DNA of 64,000 bases from an uncultured Verrucomicrobiae bacterium (GTDB lineage Bacteria; Verrucomicrobiota; Verrucomicrobiia; Limisphaerales; Palsa-1400): positions 96,001-160,000 of the forward strand of contig CAVPOM010000003.1 in NCBI GenBank assembly GCA_963707025.1, in the 5' to 3' direction. A program made the position numbers and the translations under genes. Under the pieces are notes generated by a model. The model was not told the origin of the DNA, did no database searches, and worked only from the letters and a program-made list of their open reading frames with translations. This document shows positions 51,676 through 62,231 of the stretch, piece after piece (position 1 is the stretch's first letter; each line of letters begins with the position of its first letter).

Positions 51676-53613
51676 ATGAGCCAGCCAGCCGCCCCGCCCC
51701 CTCCCTGGGACATCCAGGCCGCCCGCGCCCTTTACAACATCGCGCGCTGGGGCGCGCGCTATTTTGACATCAACGAGGCCGGCCACGTCGTCGCCATGCC
51801 GCTGCGCGAATCCGGCACGGTGGTGGACATCACCGACGTCATCGAGGAGGCCAAGGGGCGCGGCCTGCAATGTCCGGTCTTGATTCGATTTCAGGACATT
51901 CTCCGCCACCGCGTCGAGGCCATCAGCCAGGCCTTCGCCGCCTCCATTGCCGAATTCAATTATCAAAACACCTACCGCGGCGTCTTTCCCATCAAGGTCA
52001 ATCAACTGCGCGAAGTGGTGGAGGAAATTCTGGACGCGGGCAAGCCGTTCCACTTCGGCCTGGAAGTCGGCAGCAAGCCCGAACTGTTCGCCGGCCTGGC
52101 CCTGCAAAACCAGGTGGGCAGCCTGATTATTTGCAACGGTTACAAGGACACCCAGTTCATCCGCATGGCCCTGATGGGCGTCAAGCTGGGCAAGACCGTC
52201 ATCCTCGTGGTGGAAAAGCTGGAGGAACTCAAGCAGATCATCGCCGTCTCCCGCCAGTTCGGCGTCGAGCCGCGCCTGGGCATCCGCATCCGCCTGACTT
52301 GCAAGGGCGCGGGCAAATGGGCCGAAAGCGGCGGCGACAACGCCAAGTTCGGCCTCAGCACCGCCGAACTGCTCATGGCCACCGAGTTGTTGCGCGCCGA
52401 AAAAATGGAGCACTGCTTCAAACTCCTCCATTTCCACATCGGCTCCCAGGTCCCCGACATCCTCACCATCAAAAAGGCCGCGCAGGAGGCCGCCCGCTTT
52501 TATGCCAAACTTTTCAAAATGGGCTTCGCCATCGAATCCCTCGATGTCGGCGGCGGCCTGGGCGTGGATTACGACGGCAGCCGCTCCGCCTCCGACAGCT
52601 CCACCAATTATACCTTGCGCGAATACACCAACGACATGGTCTTTTACATCGCCGAGGTTTGCAACCAGGAGAAAGTCCCCCACCCCCAGATCGTCAGCGA
52701 AAGCGGCCGCGCCATCGTCGCCCATCACAGCGTCTTGATCGTCGAGATTATTGGCGCCATCGAAAAAACCCGCGCCGGCTCCGAAGTGCCCGACGGCGAA
52801 AACCAGCACGCCCTGGTGCGCGATCTGTTGGACATCCGCAAAAACCTCTCCCAACTCAACAAACTGGAGGCCTGCCACGACGCCTTGGATCGCCGCGAGG
52901 AAGCCCAACTCATGTTCGCCCTCGGCCTGCTCGAATTGCCCGACAAGGCCAGGATCGAGTCCCTCTACTGGGAAATTGGCCGCCAAGTCGTGCAAAGCTT
53001 CCACGGCCAGCCCCATGTCCCCGAGGAAATCCGCAAGCTGGAGGAAAGTTTGGGCGACCAGTTCCTCTGCAACTTCTCCGTCTTCCAATCCCTCCTCGAT
53101 CACTGGGCCTTGGGCCAGCTTTTCCCCATCATGCCCCTCAGCCGCCTCAACGAAGCCCCCTCCCGCGAAGGCACCCTGGTGGACATCACCTGCGATTCCG
53201 ACGGCCAGGTCAACAAGTTTATTGACATCGCCGACGTCCGCGACACCCTCCCCTTGCACGGCCTCCGCGCCAACGGCAACGGGCCGGAGCCGTATTACCT
53301 GGGCTTTTTTTTGATGGGCGCCTACCAGGACATCATGGGCGATTTGCACAATCTCTTCGGCCGCGTCAACGAGGTTCATGTCTTTCTCGATCCCGACGAA
53401 CCCTCCGGCTACTACGTCGAAGACATCATCGAAGGCTCCACCATTGTGCAGACGCTGACCTCCGTGCAATACGACGAGCACGAATTGCAGCGCCAGATGA
53501 AAATGCAGGTGGACGAGGCCATCAAGTCCGACCGCCTCAAGCCCTCCGAAGGCATGCGTCTGCTCGACGATTTCGAGCGCGGCCTCAAGGATTACACCTA
53601 CCTGACCAGTTGA
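51676..53613 (+). CDS. speA: Biosynthetic arginine decarboxylase
   Basis: FPIKVNQ, GLEVGSKPE, HFHIGSQ, DVGGGLG, ESGRA, DITCDSDG, GAYQ...HNLFG. Confidence 0.96.
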   Translation: MSQPAAPPPPWDIQAARALYNIARWGARYFDINEAGHVVAMPLRESGTVVDITDVIEEAKGRGLQCPVLIRFQDILRHRVEAISQAFAASIAEFNYQNTYRGVFPIKVNQLREVVEEILDAGKPFHFGLEVGSKPELFAGLALQNQVGSLIICNGYKDTQFIRMALMGVKLGKTVILVVEKLEELKQIIAVSRQFGVEPRLGIRIRLTCKGAGKWAESGGDNAKFGLSTAELLMATELLRAEKMEHCFKLLHFHIGSQVPDILTIKKAAQEAARFYAKLFKMGFAIESLDVGGGLGVDYDGSRSASDSSTNYTLREYTNDMVFYIAEVCNQEKVPHPQIVSESGRAIVAHHSVLIVEIIGAIEKTRAGSEVPDGENQHALVRDLLDIRKNLSQLNKLEACHDALDRREEAQLMFALGLLELPDKARIESLYWEIGRQVVQSFHGQPHVPEEIRKLEESLGDQFLCNFSVFQSLLDHWALGQLFPIMPLSRLNEAPSREGTLVDITCDSDGQVNKFIDIADVRDTLPLHGLRANGNGPEPYYLGFFLMGAYQDIMGDLHNLFGRVNEVHVFLDPDEPSGYYVEDIIEGSTIVQTLTSVQYDEHELQRQMKMQVDEAIKSDRLKPSEGMRLLDDFERGLKDYTYLTS

Positions 53614-53738
53614 GATGACTGCGCGGACCGAAAACCCACTCCGTCCGTGCCTGTCCTTTTCGTCCTTTTCGTCCCTTCTGTCCTTTCCCTTCTGCCTGCT
53701 GCCTTCTGCCTGCTGCCTTCCGTCCCCTCTCCCCCGCC

Positions 53739-54443
53739 ATGCTTGATGCCGCGAAAGCCGAACTGCTTCGCGCCCTGGGCCGCTTGGTGCGCGGCCTCTC
53801 CACCCTCTTCTGGGGCCTGGCCTTGACCGGCTTGGTTTGCCTGGAGATGGTTTACCTGGAAACGGCGCCAGCCGTCTGGCGGGAGACGTTCAGCCCGCTC
53901 CCCTTTCTTCCCGCCTTCCTCCTGGGCCCGCTGCTCTGGCACGGCCTGAACCAGTTGCGCGCTTTTCAGGTGCAGGAACGCATCTGGCAGCGCGCCTTGA
54001 GCCGCGCCGGGATTTTCGCCGTGCTCCAGGCCGGCCTGGCCCCGTTCTTGTATTGGTGGCACAAATTCCCCTCCGTTCCTCTTTACGCCGCCTGCGTCGG
54101 CCTGTTCTTCCTCTCCAGCCTGTTCCTCCTGGTCCAGATCAACTGCGTGCTGCAACGGCTCTGCGCCATGCTGCCGGACGAAACCTTGCGGGCGGAGACC
54201 AAACTTTTCACCGCCTTCAACATCTCCCTCCTCCTCGCCTTTTTGGCCGGCCTCTCGATTTATTTCCTCTTGACACGCCTCCCCCTCCTGCCCGTCTGGC
54301 TCGACCGCTGGATGGAGGCCGCCGCCGCCGCGGGCGTCTGGCTGGCCCTGTTCCTCATCCTCATGCCTCTGGCCATGACCATGGCCCTCCTCTGGAAAAT
54401 CAAGGAAGTCATCTTCTCCAGCCTCACCAACGCCGGCCCTTAG
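53739..54443 (+). CDS. Integral membrane hypothetical protein
   Basis: 234 aa, multiple hydrophobic segments, coding-like GC3. Confidence 0.75.
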   Translation: MLDAAKAELLRALGRLVRGLSTLFWGLALTGLVCLEMVYLETAPAVWRETFSPLPFLPAFLLGPLLWHGLNQLRAFQVQERIWQRALSRAGIFAVLQAGLAPFLYWWHKFPSVPLYAACVGLFFLSSLFLLVQINCVLQRLCAMLPDETLRAETKLFTAFNISLLLAFLAGLSIYFLLTRLPLLPVWLDRWMEAAAAAGVWLALFLILMPLAMTMALLWKIKEVIFSSLTNAGP

Positions 54444-54493
54444 CCCGTTCTCCTCCTCCTCCTCCTCCTGAGCCCGCTCCGGATCCTAATACT

Positions 54494-55264
54494 TCATTTT
54501 GCATTCTGCATTCTGCATTCTTCCTTCCCCTCCGTCCTCTCCGCCACCTCAAACCGGAACATCCGCCCTTTCATCCACCGCACCGCCAGCAAATCATAAA
54601 ACGACGCAAACAGCCGGTTCCACACCCCATAATGGCTCTGCCCCGCAAACCGCGGATTGGTCGTCACCTCGATTTCCGTCACCGTGTGCCCTTCGATCTT
54701 GAAGAGCGTGGGCATAAACCGGTGCATCCCCTTGAAAAACTTCAAATTCCCGATGCACTCCCGTTTGAAGGCCCGATACCCGCAGCCCGAGTCGGCAATC
54801 TGTTCCCCGGACAACTTGTTCCGCACCCAGTTGGCGATGCGCGAGGAGGCCACCCGCACCCAATTATCCCCCGCCCGGCGCCCCTTGACCCGCGACCCGC
54901 ACACGCAGTCATAGTGCTTAAGCGCCTCCAAAAACTTCGGCAAATCCTTCGGATCATTCTGCAAATCCGCGTCCAGCGTCACGATATATTGCCCGCGCGC
55001 CGCCTTCATCCCGGCCCAGTTCGCCGCGCTTTCCCCGCAATTAAACGCCAGCTTTTGCCCCCGCACCCGCCGGTCTGCCGCCGCCAATTCCTTGAGGATC
55101 TCCCAGGATTTGTCCCGGCTGCCATCATCGGTGATGATGACCTCGTAAGCCAGTTGCAGCGGCTCCACCGCCGCGCGGATCGCCGCCAGCAGGGCCCGCA
55201 AATTGTCCTGCTCATTGTAGCAGGGAATGACCAGGCTCAGTATGGGAGTTTCGTGGGCTGACAT
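54494..55264 (-). CDS. GT2 glycosyltransferase (polyprenol-phosphate glycosyltransferase-like)
   Basis: VIPCYNE, DDGS.D, TLDADLQNDP, DSGCG. Confidence 0.92.
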   Translation of the reverse strand: MSAHETPILSLVIPCYNEQDNLRALLAAIRAAVEPLQLAYEVIITDDGSRDKSWEILKELAAADRRVRGQKLAFNCGESAANWAGMKAARGQYIVTLDADLQNDPKDLPKFLEALKHYDCVCGSRVKGRRAGDNWVRVASSRIANWVRNKLSGEQIADSGCGYRAFKRECIGNLKFFKGMHRFMPTLFKIEGHTVTEIEVTTNPRFAGQSHYGVWNRLFASFYDLLAVRWMKGRMFRFEVAERTEGKEECRMQNAK

Positions 55265-55434
55265 TCAAATTCGTCCGGCAGCGTCACCGCGCGATTTTGT
55301 TTCCTCGTGGCAATCATTCAGATGCCCCGATTCTGCCCGGAATTGCCGCCAAAAGAAAGCCAATTCCACCCTCAGTAAAGTGTCAGGGCACAACCCAAAG
55401 TTGTTCACGTCATCCGTCCCATTCCTCCCATTCT

Positions 55435-55650
55435 TCAAAAATCGAAACCAAACTCCTTTTTGACCGTCTCCCAATCCGTGCCGGCTTTTCCGGCGTTTCG
55501 CTTCCTGGCGCGGGCCAGTGCGCGGCGGTCATCCAAGTCCTCCAAAGCATCCCGCAAATCACGCAGCACCACTTTGGCATCGCGAATCTGGCGATCCAGA
55601 TCCGAACTTTTGGCCCGGCGGTTCTTGCATTTTATGGCGGTCGCGTTCAT
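55435..55650 (-). CDS. Putative antitoxin downstream of a RelE toxin
   Basis: 71 aa, LEDLDD.RAL...WE.VKKE; start overlaps the toxin stop. Confidence 0.7.
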   Translation of the reverse strand: MNATAIKCKNRRAKSSDLDRQIRDAKVVLRDLRDALEDLDDRRALARARKRNAGKAGTDWETVKKEFGFDF

Positions 55651-55895
55651 CGGTAGATGTCTTTCCGTTGTCCAAGATCATAAACCACAATTCGGTTGCC
55701 AACAAGTTCAAACAACACACGCCAATTCCCGACCCGCAAGCGATATTCGTTCTTGCTTCCCCTGAGCTTTTTCACGTCGCCGGAAAATTCCTGCTGCAAA
55801 AGATGCAGGCGATAACCAATCTCACGCCGAATCTCCTCAGGCGCTTTTCTTAGCGCCCTTTTGGCATCGTCTTTGATTTCAATTTCGTGCCTCAT
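55647..55895 (-). CDS. Type II toxin, RelE family
   Basis: A.RALRK...GDVKKL.G...YRLRVG.WRVLF...RKDIY. Confidence 0.9.
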   Translation of the reverse strand: MRHEIEIKDDAKRALRKAPEEIRREIGYRLHLLQQEFSGDVKKLRGSKNEYRLRVGNWRVLFELVGNRIVVYDLGQRKDIYR

Positions 55896-55933
55896 CCCCT
55901 AATGTTTTCCTTGTTTGATTTGTTTGCGCGTCA

Positions 55934-57022
55934 TCATTTCTTCCCGTAAAACGCCCCAATCGCCTCGCACACCTGGTCCGCCGCGTCCAGCCCCATTTCG
56001 CCGTGAATCGGCAGCGACAAAATCTCCTTGACCGCCTGCTCCGTCTTCGGCAGGCGCGGCAGGTCGCTGAACCGGCCCGTGATGGCCGGCTGCTGATGGT
56101 TGGCCACCGGATAATGAATGCCCGTCTCCACCCCGTTCTCCCTGAGAAATTTCTGCAATTCGTCGCGCCGCTCCGCCCGCACCACATACATGTGATAGAC
56201 CGCCCTGGCCCAGGGCCGTTCCGGCGGCGTCCGCACCAGCCCCGCCAGGCGCTCGTGGTAGCGCGCGGCGATGCGGCGGCGGTTTTCGTTGAACCCGTCC
56301 AGGTGCTGCAGCATCACCCGCCCAATGGCGGCTTTAATTTCATCGAAGCGCACATTGAATCCGGCGAATTGGTGCAGGTACTTGTCCTTGCGCCCGTGGT
56401 TGCGCAGCATCCGCACCCGCTCCGCCAGCCCCGCGTCATTGGTGCAAAGGCAGCCGCCGTCCCCGAGCACCGTCAAATTCTTCGACGGGAAAAACGAGTA
56501 GCCCCCGGCCAGTCCCATCGAGCCGGCCCGTTTGCCCTTGTAAAGCGCCCCGTGCGCCTGCGCGCAATCCTCCAGCACCCAAAGTTGGCGCCGCGCGGCA
56601 ATGTCAATTATACGATCCAGGTCCGCCGGATGCCCGTAAAGATGGACCGGAATAATCCCCACCGTGCGGGACGTCACCGCCGCCTCAACCTGTCCGGCCT
56701 CCAGGCAAAACGTCTCGTCAATATCCACAAACACCGGTTTGGCCCCGCAATGGATCAGCGGTTCCATCGTGGGAAACGCCGTGTGCGACGGCACGATCAC
56801 CTCGTCCCCCGCCTTGAGTCCCTGCGTCAGGTGCATCATATACACGATCATCGTCCACGACGAACCCAGCACGCAGTGTTGCGTGCCGGCGTGCGCGGCC
56901 AGCTCCGCTTCAAACGCCTGGCATTCCTTGCCCAGGATGTATTGGCCGGAGCGCAGCGCCCGCAGCGCCGCCTCCTCCACTTCCCCGTTCACAAAACATT
57001 TCGACAGTGGAATTTTTTGCAT
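55934..57022 (-). CDS. DegT/DnrJ/EryC1/StrS sugar aminotransferase
   Basis: PVHLYG, EDCAQAHG, SFFPSKNL (PLP Lys), LRNHG, LSLP. Confidence 0.93.
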   Translation of the reverse strand: MQKIPLSKCFVNGEVEEAALRALRSGQYILGKECQAFEAELAAHAGTQHCVLGSSWTMIVYMMHLTQGLKAGDEVIVPSHTAFPTMEPLIHCGAKPVFVDIDETFCLEAGQVEAAVTSRTVGIIPVHLYGHPADLDRIIDIAARRQLWVLEDCAQAHGALYKGKRAGSMGLAGGYSFFPSKNLTVLGDGGCLCTNDAGLAERVRMLRNHGRKDKYLHQFAGFNVRFDEIKAAIGRVMLQHLDGFNENRRRIAARYHERLAGLVRTPPERPWARAVYHMYVVRAERRDELQKFLRENGVETGIHYPVANHQQPAITGRFSDLPRLPKTEQAVKEILSLPIHGEMGLDAADQVCEAIGAFYGKK

Positions 57023-57027
57023 AAATT

Positions 57028-58011
57028 TTATTTCAACTTCACGGCCTTTCCAGTCTGCGCGGATTGCAGGGCCGCGCCCAGCACCCGCACCGCCTCGTGT
57101 CCCGCCCAGCCGTCCGCCTGCGGCTTCTCCCGGCTCTGCGCCGATTTGACAAACGCCCGCAACTCCGCCAGCAACGGCTCCTCCGGCGCGCACTCGATCT
57201 GCCGCACCACTCCTTCCACCGCTTTGAATTCGTTGCCCTCGCGCGCGTGCCGGTTTTCATGCACCTTGATCTTATATTGGGCCGCGTTGTAATCACAAAC
57301 CGCGCTGCATTTCTCCCCCGCCACGATCACCTCGCGGAATTTTCCCGGATAAAAATAATCATTCTCCACCGTCGCCCAGGTCCGTCCCGCCGCCGTCTGG
57401 TATTCCAGCGACAAAAGCGAAACATCCTCCATGCCCCGCCCCAGGAAATCATGATGAATGGCCAGCACGCTCCGCGGCGTCGCCCCGAGGATATAATTGA
57501 ACAAATCAACAAAATGAATGCCGTCGGCGAACATCACCCCGCTGTCCTGGCGCGGCCGTTTGAACCCGCCGAAATGCCCGCGCAAGATGCGGACCCGCCC
57601 AAAAGTCCCCTCCCGCACCGCCTGGCGCAGCCATTGCGTCGCCGGATCAAATCGAAAAATATGGCCCACCTGCAGGATGCGCCCCGTTTGATCCGCCAGT
57701 TCCGCCAGTTGCCTCGATTCCTCCGGCAACAGAGCGAGCGGCTTTTCCACAAACACGTCCTTGCCCGCCTCCAGAAATTCACGGCACAGCGCAAAGTGGC
57801 TCGGCGCCGGCGTGGCGATCACCACCCCGTCCGCCTGCCCCGCCAACTTCTTGTAGTCGGTGCTCAGATGCGATTCGGCCATCCCCATTTGCCGCGCGCT
57901 TTCCAGCCTCTTCACGTCCAATTCGCTCACAAAAAGCTCCACCGGCAGCGCTTGCAGCACGCGCAAATGGTTCGCCCCCCACCGCCCGATCCCAATCAAC
58001 AATATTTTCAT
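57028..58011 (-). CDS. Gfo/Idh/MocA oxidoreductase (nucleotide-sugar dehydrogenase-like)
   Basis: IG.GRWG.NH.R, VEKPL, VGHIFRF; directly upstream of the aminotransferase. Confidence 0.9.
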   Translation of the reverse strand: MKILLIGIGRWGANHLRVLQALPVELFVSELDVKRLESARQMGMAESHLSTDYKKLAGQADGVVIATPAPSHFALCREFLEAGKDVFVEKPLALLPEESRQLAELADQTGRILQVGHIFRFDPATQWLRQAVREGTFGRVRILRGHFGGFKRPRQDSGVMFADGIHFVDLFNYILGATPRSVLAIHHDFLGRGMEDVSLLSLEYQTAAGRTWATVENDYFYPGKFREVIVAGEKCSAVCDYNAAQYKIKVHENRHAREGNEFKAVEGVVRQIECAPEEPLLAELRAFVKSAQSREKPQADGWAGHEAVRVLGAALQSAQTGKAVKLK

Positions 58012-58018
58012 TTTTCGC

Positions 58019-58233
58019 CATTCATCATTCACCATTCACCATTCACCATTCACCATTCACCATTCACCATTCACCATTCACCATTCACCATTCACCATTC
58101 ACCATTCACCATTCACCATTCACCATTCACCATTCACCATTCACCATTCACCATTCACCATTCACCATTCACCATTCACCATTCACCATTCACCATTCAC
58201 CATTCACCATTCACCATTCACCATTCACCATTC
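58019..58233. repeat. Heptamer tandem array (CATTCAC)29
   Basis: 29 perfect units at 58026-58228, plus one degenerate and one partial unit. Confidence 0.97.
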
Positions 58234-58240
58234 CTGATGC

Positions 58241-59929
58241 TCACGGCTTGGCCGGCAGCATCGCGTCCCGGCGCGCCTTGAATTCCGACCCCGCCTTCCA
58301 TTGCGGCCATTCTCCGCCCAGGGCCAGCGCGTTTCCCTCCTCGAAAAGCAACCGGATGTCCTCCACCGCCCCCGACAAATCCCAATCCGCTTTGATCTTG
58401 TCGCTCGGTTTGTGGTAATCGTTGGCTATGTAATAATCCCGCTTCTGCATCCCGTAACCGAAGGGCCGGCCGATGAAATCCACGCCGGCTTCAATGTAAA
58501 GCGCCGGCACACCCGCTTTGGCGAACTCAAAATGGTCCGACCGGAAATAGAAGCCTTTCTCCGGCGTGGCCTCCGGGACCAGCCGCCGGCCCTGCCCCTC
58601 CGCCAGCCCTTGCAGCGTGTCCTCCAGCGTGGACTGGCCCACCCCGACCACCTCGACATCGCGCGTGCGGCCCCAGACGTTAATGCCGTCAATATTAAAA
58701 TTCGCCAGCGTCCGCTCCAGCGGATAAAGCGGGTGCTCCGCGTAATACTTCGACCCCAGCAGCCCCTTCTCCTCCGCCGTCACGGAGAGAAACAGCACCG
58801 TCCGTTTCGGTTTCGGCTCCGCGCGCCTGAATGCCCCGGCCAGCTCCAGCAGCGCCGCGCTCCCGGACGCGTTGTCCACCGCGCCGCTGTAAACCTGCTC
58901 CCCTGCCAGTTTGGGGTCCCGCCCGAGATGGTCCCAGTGCGCCGTGTACACAATATATTCGTTCTTCAGCCGCGGGTCCGCCCCTTCCACCTTGGCGATG
59001 ACGTTGCGCGAGTCAATTTCCCGCAGCGTGTTCGTCACACCCAGGGCCACCTGGCAGGCCAGGGTCACCGGGCGGAAATCGCGCCGCGCCGCCGCCGCTT
59101 TCAACTCCTCGAATTTCTGGCCGCAGGCCGCGCACAGCTTCCGCGTGGCCTCGGCCGTGAGCCATCCCTCAATCGGAACGCGCCCGGCGTTTTTGTCCGG
59201 CGTTTGCAGGTCGAAATTCTCCCGGCTGAAGCTCCCCAGAATCACCACCCACGGATAACCCGCCGGCCCGGTTTCATGCACGATAATCGCCGCTTTGGCC
59301 CCCTTCTGCGTGGCGATTTCGTACTTGTAAGTCCAGCGCCCGTAATACGTCATCGCCTTGCCCTTGAACATTTTCTCGTCCAGCTTCGACGGGTCGTTTG
59401 GATCCGGCACCTGCGGATCGTTGATCAGCATGAGTATGGTCTTGCCCCGCACATCCACGTCCTTGTAATCGTCCCAGCCATACTCCGGCGCGACCACCCC
59501 GTAGCCGACAAACACCAGCTCCGAACTCTCCGTGCGCACCTCGGGCACATAGCGCCGCGAAGAAATCACGCAATCCCGCGGAAACACAAAATCCAGCGTC
59601 TGCCCGCCCGCGGAAAACGAAACACCCGCCCGCGCCTGGATGCCGGCCAGCGGCACGTTCTGCAGATAAGTCCCGTCCGGGTTGCCCGGTGCCAGCCCCA
59701 GTTTCTTGTACTCGTTCTGGAGATAATCCACCGTCAGCCTTTCCCCCTCCGTCCCCGGCGCGCGCCCCTCGAACTGCTCCGACGCCAGCACGCGGATGTG
59801 CTGGAGGATTCCGTTGGTTGTGATGCTTGACAGCGCCGCCTCCTGGGCGCGCGGTGCGAACCCGCCCGCCAAAAGGCAGCAAGCGACCCCCGCCGCGCGC
59901 AGTTTGGACCCGGCACATCGAATGTTCAT
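58241..59929 (-). CDS. M28 family metallopeptidase with PA domain, secreted
   Basis: [43 protein letters not shown]. Confidence 0.93.
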   Translation of the reverse strand: MNIRCAGSKLRAAGVACCLLAGGFAPRAQEAALSSITTNGILQHIRVLASEQFEGRAPGTEGERLTVDYLQNEYKKLGLAPGNPDGTYLQNVPLAGIQARAGVSFSAGGQTLDFVFPRDCVISSRRYVPEVRTESSELVFVGYGVVAPEYGWDDYKDVDVRGKTILMLINDPQVPDPNDPSKLDEKMFKGKAMTYYGRWTYKYEIATQKGAKAAIIVHETGPAGYPWVVILGSFSRENFDLQTPDKNAGRVPIEGWLTAEATRKLCAACGQKFEELKAAAARRDFRPVTLACQVALGVTNTLREIDSRNVIAKVEGADPRLKNEYIVYTAHWDHLGRDPKLAGEQVYSGAVDNASGSAALLELAGAFRRAEPKPKRTVLFLSVTAEEKGLLGSKYYAEHPLYPLERTLANFNIDGINVWGRTRDVEVVGVGQSTLEDTLQGLAEGQGRRLVPEATPEKGFYFRSDHFEFAKAGVPALYIEAGVDFIGRPFGYGMQKRDYYIANDYHKPSDKIKADWDLSGAVEDIRLLFEEGNALALGGEWPQWKAGSEFKARRDAMLPAKP

Positions 59930-60134
59930 GCGCCCGAATCTATCCAAACCCTCCGCCTCAACAAAGCCAATTCACTCTACGCCGTGAGCCATTGAACAGC
60001 GACCCCCTACCCATCCCTCTCCTCCACACCCTTGTGGAAGGCCGGGGAGAGGAGGCTTGGTGAACATGCCGTGCTCGTCGCTAATGCTCTCGTGCTCAAT
60101 TTGCCGCCCGATTCGTTCACGACAAGACTAATCC

Positions 60135-60389
60135 TCACTTGATCAAGCCTTCATATTCGTCGTGAGAACCGATCCAGAACCATTCAATCTTGTCTCCGCT
60201 CCAAGTGGCCAAAGCGCGATGGGTGCTGCCGACGCGGGCAGACCAAAAATCGTTCACCTTCTTAAAATGCAGCGATGGATGGGCGGGGTCATGAAGCCAG
60301 AGCTTGAAATTTTTCCGGGCGAGCCGCTGAGTTTCGGGAGGAAGACTCCTGAAGCGGTTACGAAAGCTTTTCGTTGTCGAGGAATTCAT
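60135..60389 (-). CDS. ParE/RelE-like toxin
   Basis: F..LP...Q..A.K.FKLW..DP.HPSLHFKKV...WSARV...WFWIGSH.EY. Confidence 0.85.
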   Translation of the reverse strand: MNSSTTKSFRNRFRSLPPETQRLARKNFKLWLHDPAHPSLHFKKVNDFWSARVGSTHRALATWSGDKIEWFWIGSHDEYEGLIK

Positions 60390-60588
60390 CGAGCGGGACA
60401 TTGGACTGGCCCTGGTTTTCTGCTTGCAGCCGCTCGTACAGTTCGCGCAACTTGCCGCTTTGGGCATCTTCCTCGATCTGCCGGTCCCACTGGCGGTTTC
60501 GTTCGGCGTCGAACCAACGCTCCAATTCTACAAACTCCCCAGGGGGAAGTTTGGCAATGGCCTGTTCGATTTCGGCAACGGAACTCAT
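60358..60588 (-). CDS. Putative antitoxin
   Basis: MSSVAEIEQAI..LP...WDRQIEEDA..GKL; overlaps the toxin start. Confidence 0.8.
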   Translation of the reverse strand: MSSVAEIEQAIAKLPPGEFVELERWFDAERNRQWDRQIEEDAQSGKLRELYERLQAENQGQSNVPLDEFLDNEKLS

Positions 60589-60594
60589 GGGTAA

Positions 60595-60624
60595 AGTATA
60601 ACTCAGCACACGCGGCCAATGCAA
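60595..60624 (-). promoter_or_regulatory. Sigma70 promoter, leaderless transcript of the TA pair
   Basis: Minus strand TTGCAT-N18-TATACT-N6-ATG. Confidence 0.55.
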
Positions 60625-60650
60625 GCCGGCTCAACGGGCTTTTTGATTTC

Positions 60651-60992
60651 CTACCCAAAAAACTTCTCAATCACTGCTTGGATTCCCATGAAAGGAAGCA
60701 CGACGGCGAAATACCGAATCAGCAGAGGAAACCTGCCAACGAACCGGAAAAAGGCAATCCGCGATTCGTTCCCGGTCCGTGGTAAGAGAACGAGCAAAGC
60801 CAAAACAAAAAGGATGACCGGCAATGCGGTTTCGAGTGAGGCGATCGTCCTATGACCTGCCATCCGCAACTGAGCGCCGCGTGGCAAGGCCTCATCGGCT
60901 AAAACGAAGGTCATAACGAAGGACAGCAGGGGAGCGCAGAGGTTGTGTTCCCTTGCTGTTAATCTTCGCAGTCGGAAGGCCATAGTGGTCAA
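60651..60992 (-). CDS. Small hypothetical membrane protein
   Basis: 113 aa with three hydrophobic stretches; no recognisable family. Confidence 0.4.
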   Translation of the reverse strand: MTTMAFRLRRLTAREHNLCAPLLSFVMTFVLADEALPRGAQLRMAGHRTIASLETALPVILFVLALLVLLPRTGNESRIAFFRFVGRFPLLIRYFAVVLPFMGIQAVIEKFFG

Positions 60993-61079
60993 CCTTTATC
61001 AAACTACAGCATTGCCAATTGGTTACGCTTTCCCGTGTGCCTCAAATCTTCACATTTCACCATTCAAAATTCACCATTC

Positions 61080-62162
61080 TCAATTCAGCAGCCGGTACCA
61101 ATTGTCCCGCTGATGCGGCTCGTAGCCCGCGTCCCGGATCAGCCGCTGCATGTCCGCCACGCTCATGCGATGCGTCGTCCCCGCCTGCGACACCACATTC
61201 TCCTCGATCATGATGCTGCCCAGGTCGTTGGCCCCGAATTTGAGCGCCACCTGCCCGATCTCCGGCCCTTGCGTCACCCACGAGCTTTGGATGTTGGCAA
61301 TGTTATCCAGATAAATCCGGTTCACCGCCTGCGTGCGCAAATAATCATGCCCTCCCAACGTCGGCGCCTTCAACCGCGTGTGCTCCGCCTGAAACGTCCA
61401 CGCGATAAACGCCGTGAACCCCTTGGTTTTGTCCTGCTGCGCCCGCACCCGTTCCAGATGTTCGATCCGGTCCTCCAGCGTTTCCACATGCCCGAACATC
61501 ATCGTCGCCGTGGTCGCCAGCCCCAGCCGGTGCGCCGCGTCCATCACCCCCAGCCAGTCGTCGCTCATCGCCTTCAGCGGCGAAATCCGCTGCCGCACCC
61601 GGTCCACCAAAATCTCCCCGCCCCCGCCCGGAATCGAGCCTAGCCCGGCCTTGACGAACTGCGCCATAATCTCCTCCACCGGCATTTGGAAAACTTCTCT
61701 GAAATGAATAAACTCGCTCGGACTGAACCCGTGGATGTTCACCTGCGGGAACTTCGCTTTGATGTGCGCCAGCAAGTCCAGGTACCATTGCAGCGAAAGC
61801 TTGGGGTGATGCCCCCCCTGCATCAGAATCTGCGTTCCTCCCAGCGCCAGCGTCTCCTCGATCTTCCGGTCCATTTCCTCCAAGGTGATGACATAGGCGT
61901 CGGCCTCCCTTTCCGTGCGGTAGAAAGCGCAGAATTTGCAATACACGTTGCAGACATTCGTATAATTGACGTTCCGGTCCACGATATAAGTCACGATGTC
62001 GTTGCCCCGGCCCTCGTGCCTTTGGGCCTGGGCCAGTTGCCGCCGCCGGTCGGCCAGCGCCCCCAGTTCCTCCAGCGGCAGGCCATAAAGCCGCCGGGCC
62101 TCCGCCTGGTCAATCCGTTCCCCCGCCCAGACCTTCTGCAACAAATCTGCGTCATCACTCAT
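61080..62162 (-). CDS. mqnC: Cyclic dehypoxanthine futalosine synthase (CofH/MqnC radical SAM)
   Basis: DRNVNYTNVCNVYCKFCAF, LMQGG.HP, IPGGG.EIL, QSSWVTQG, FGAND.GSIMIEENVV. Confidence 0.88.
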   Translation of the reverse strand: MSDDADLLQKVWAGERIDQAEARRLYGLPLEELGALADRRRQLAQAQRHEGRGNDIVTYIVDRNVNYTNVCNVYCKFCAFYRTEREADAYVITLEEMDRKIEETLALGGTQILMQGGHHPKLSLQWYLDLLAHIKAKFPQVNIHGFSPSEFIHFREVFQMPVEEIMAQFVKAGLGSIPGGGGEILVDRVRQRISPLKAMSDDWLGVMDAAHRLGLATTATMMFGHVETLEDRIEHLERVRAQQDKTKGFTAFIAWTFQAEHTRLKAPTLGGHDYLRTQAVNRIYLDNIANIQSSWVTQGPEIGQVALKFGANDLGSIMIEENVVSQAGTTHRMSVADMQRLIRDAGYEPHQRDNWYRLLN

Positions 62163-62231
62163 GCTCCATCAGTCTAAAGCCAACCCCCGAAACTTCAACC
62201 CTCCATCGCTCCCCCACATTACCCATGCGGC

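Noticed and set aside
57860..58237. ORFs with HHSPFTI repeats
   Set aside because: Translation of the non-coding heptamer array on the strand opposite the real genes
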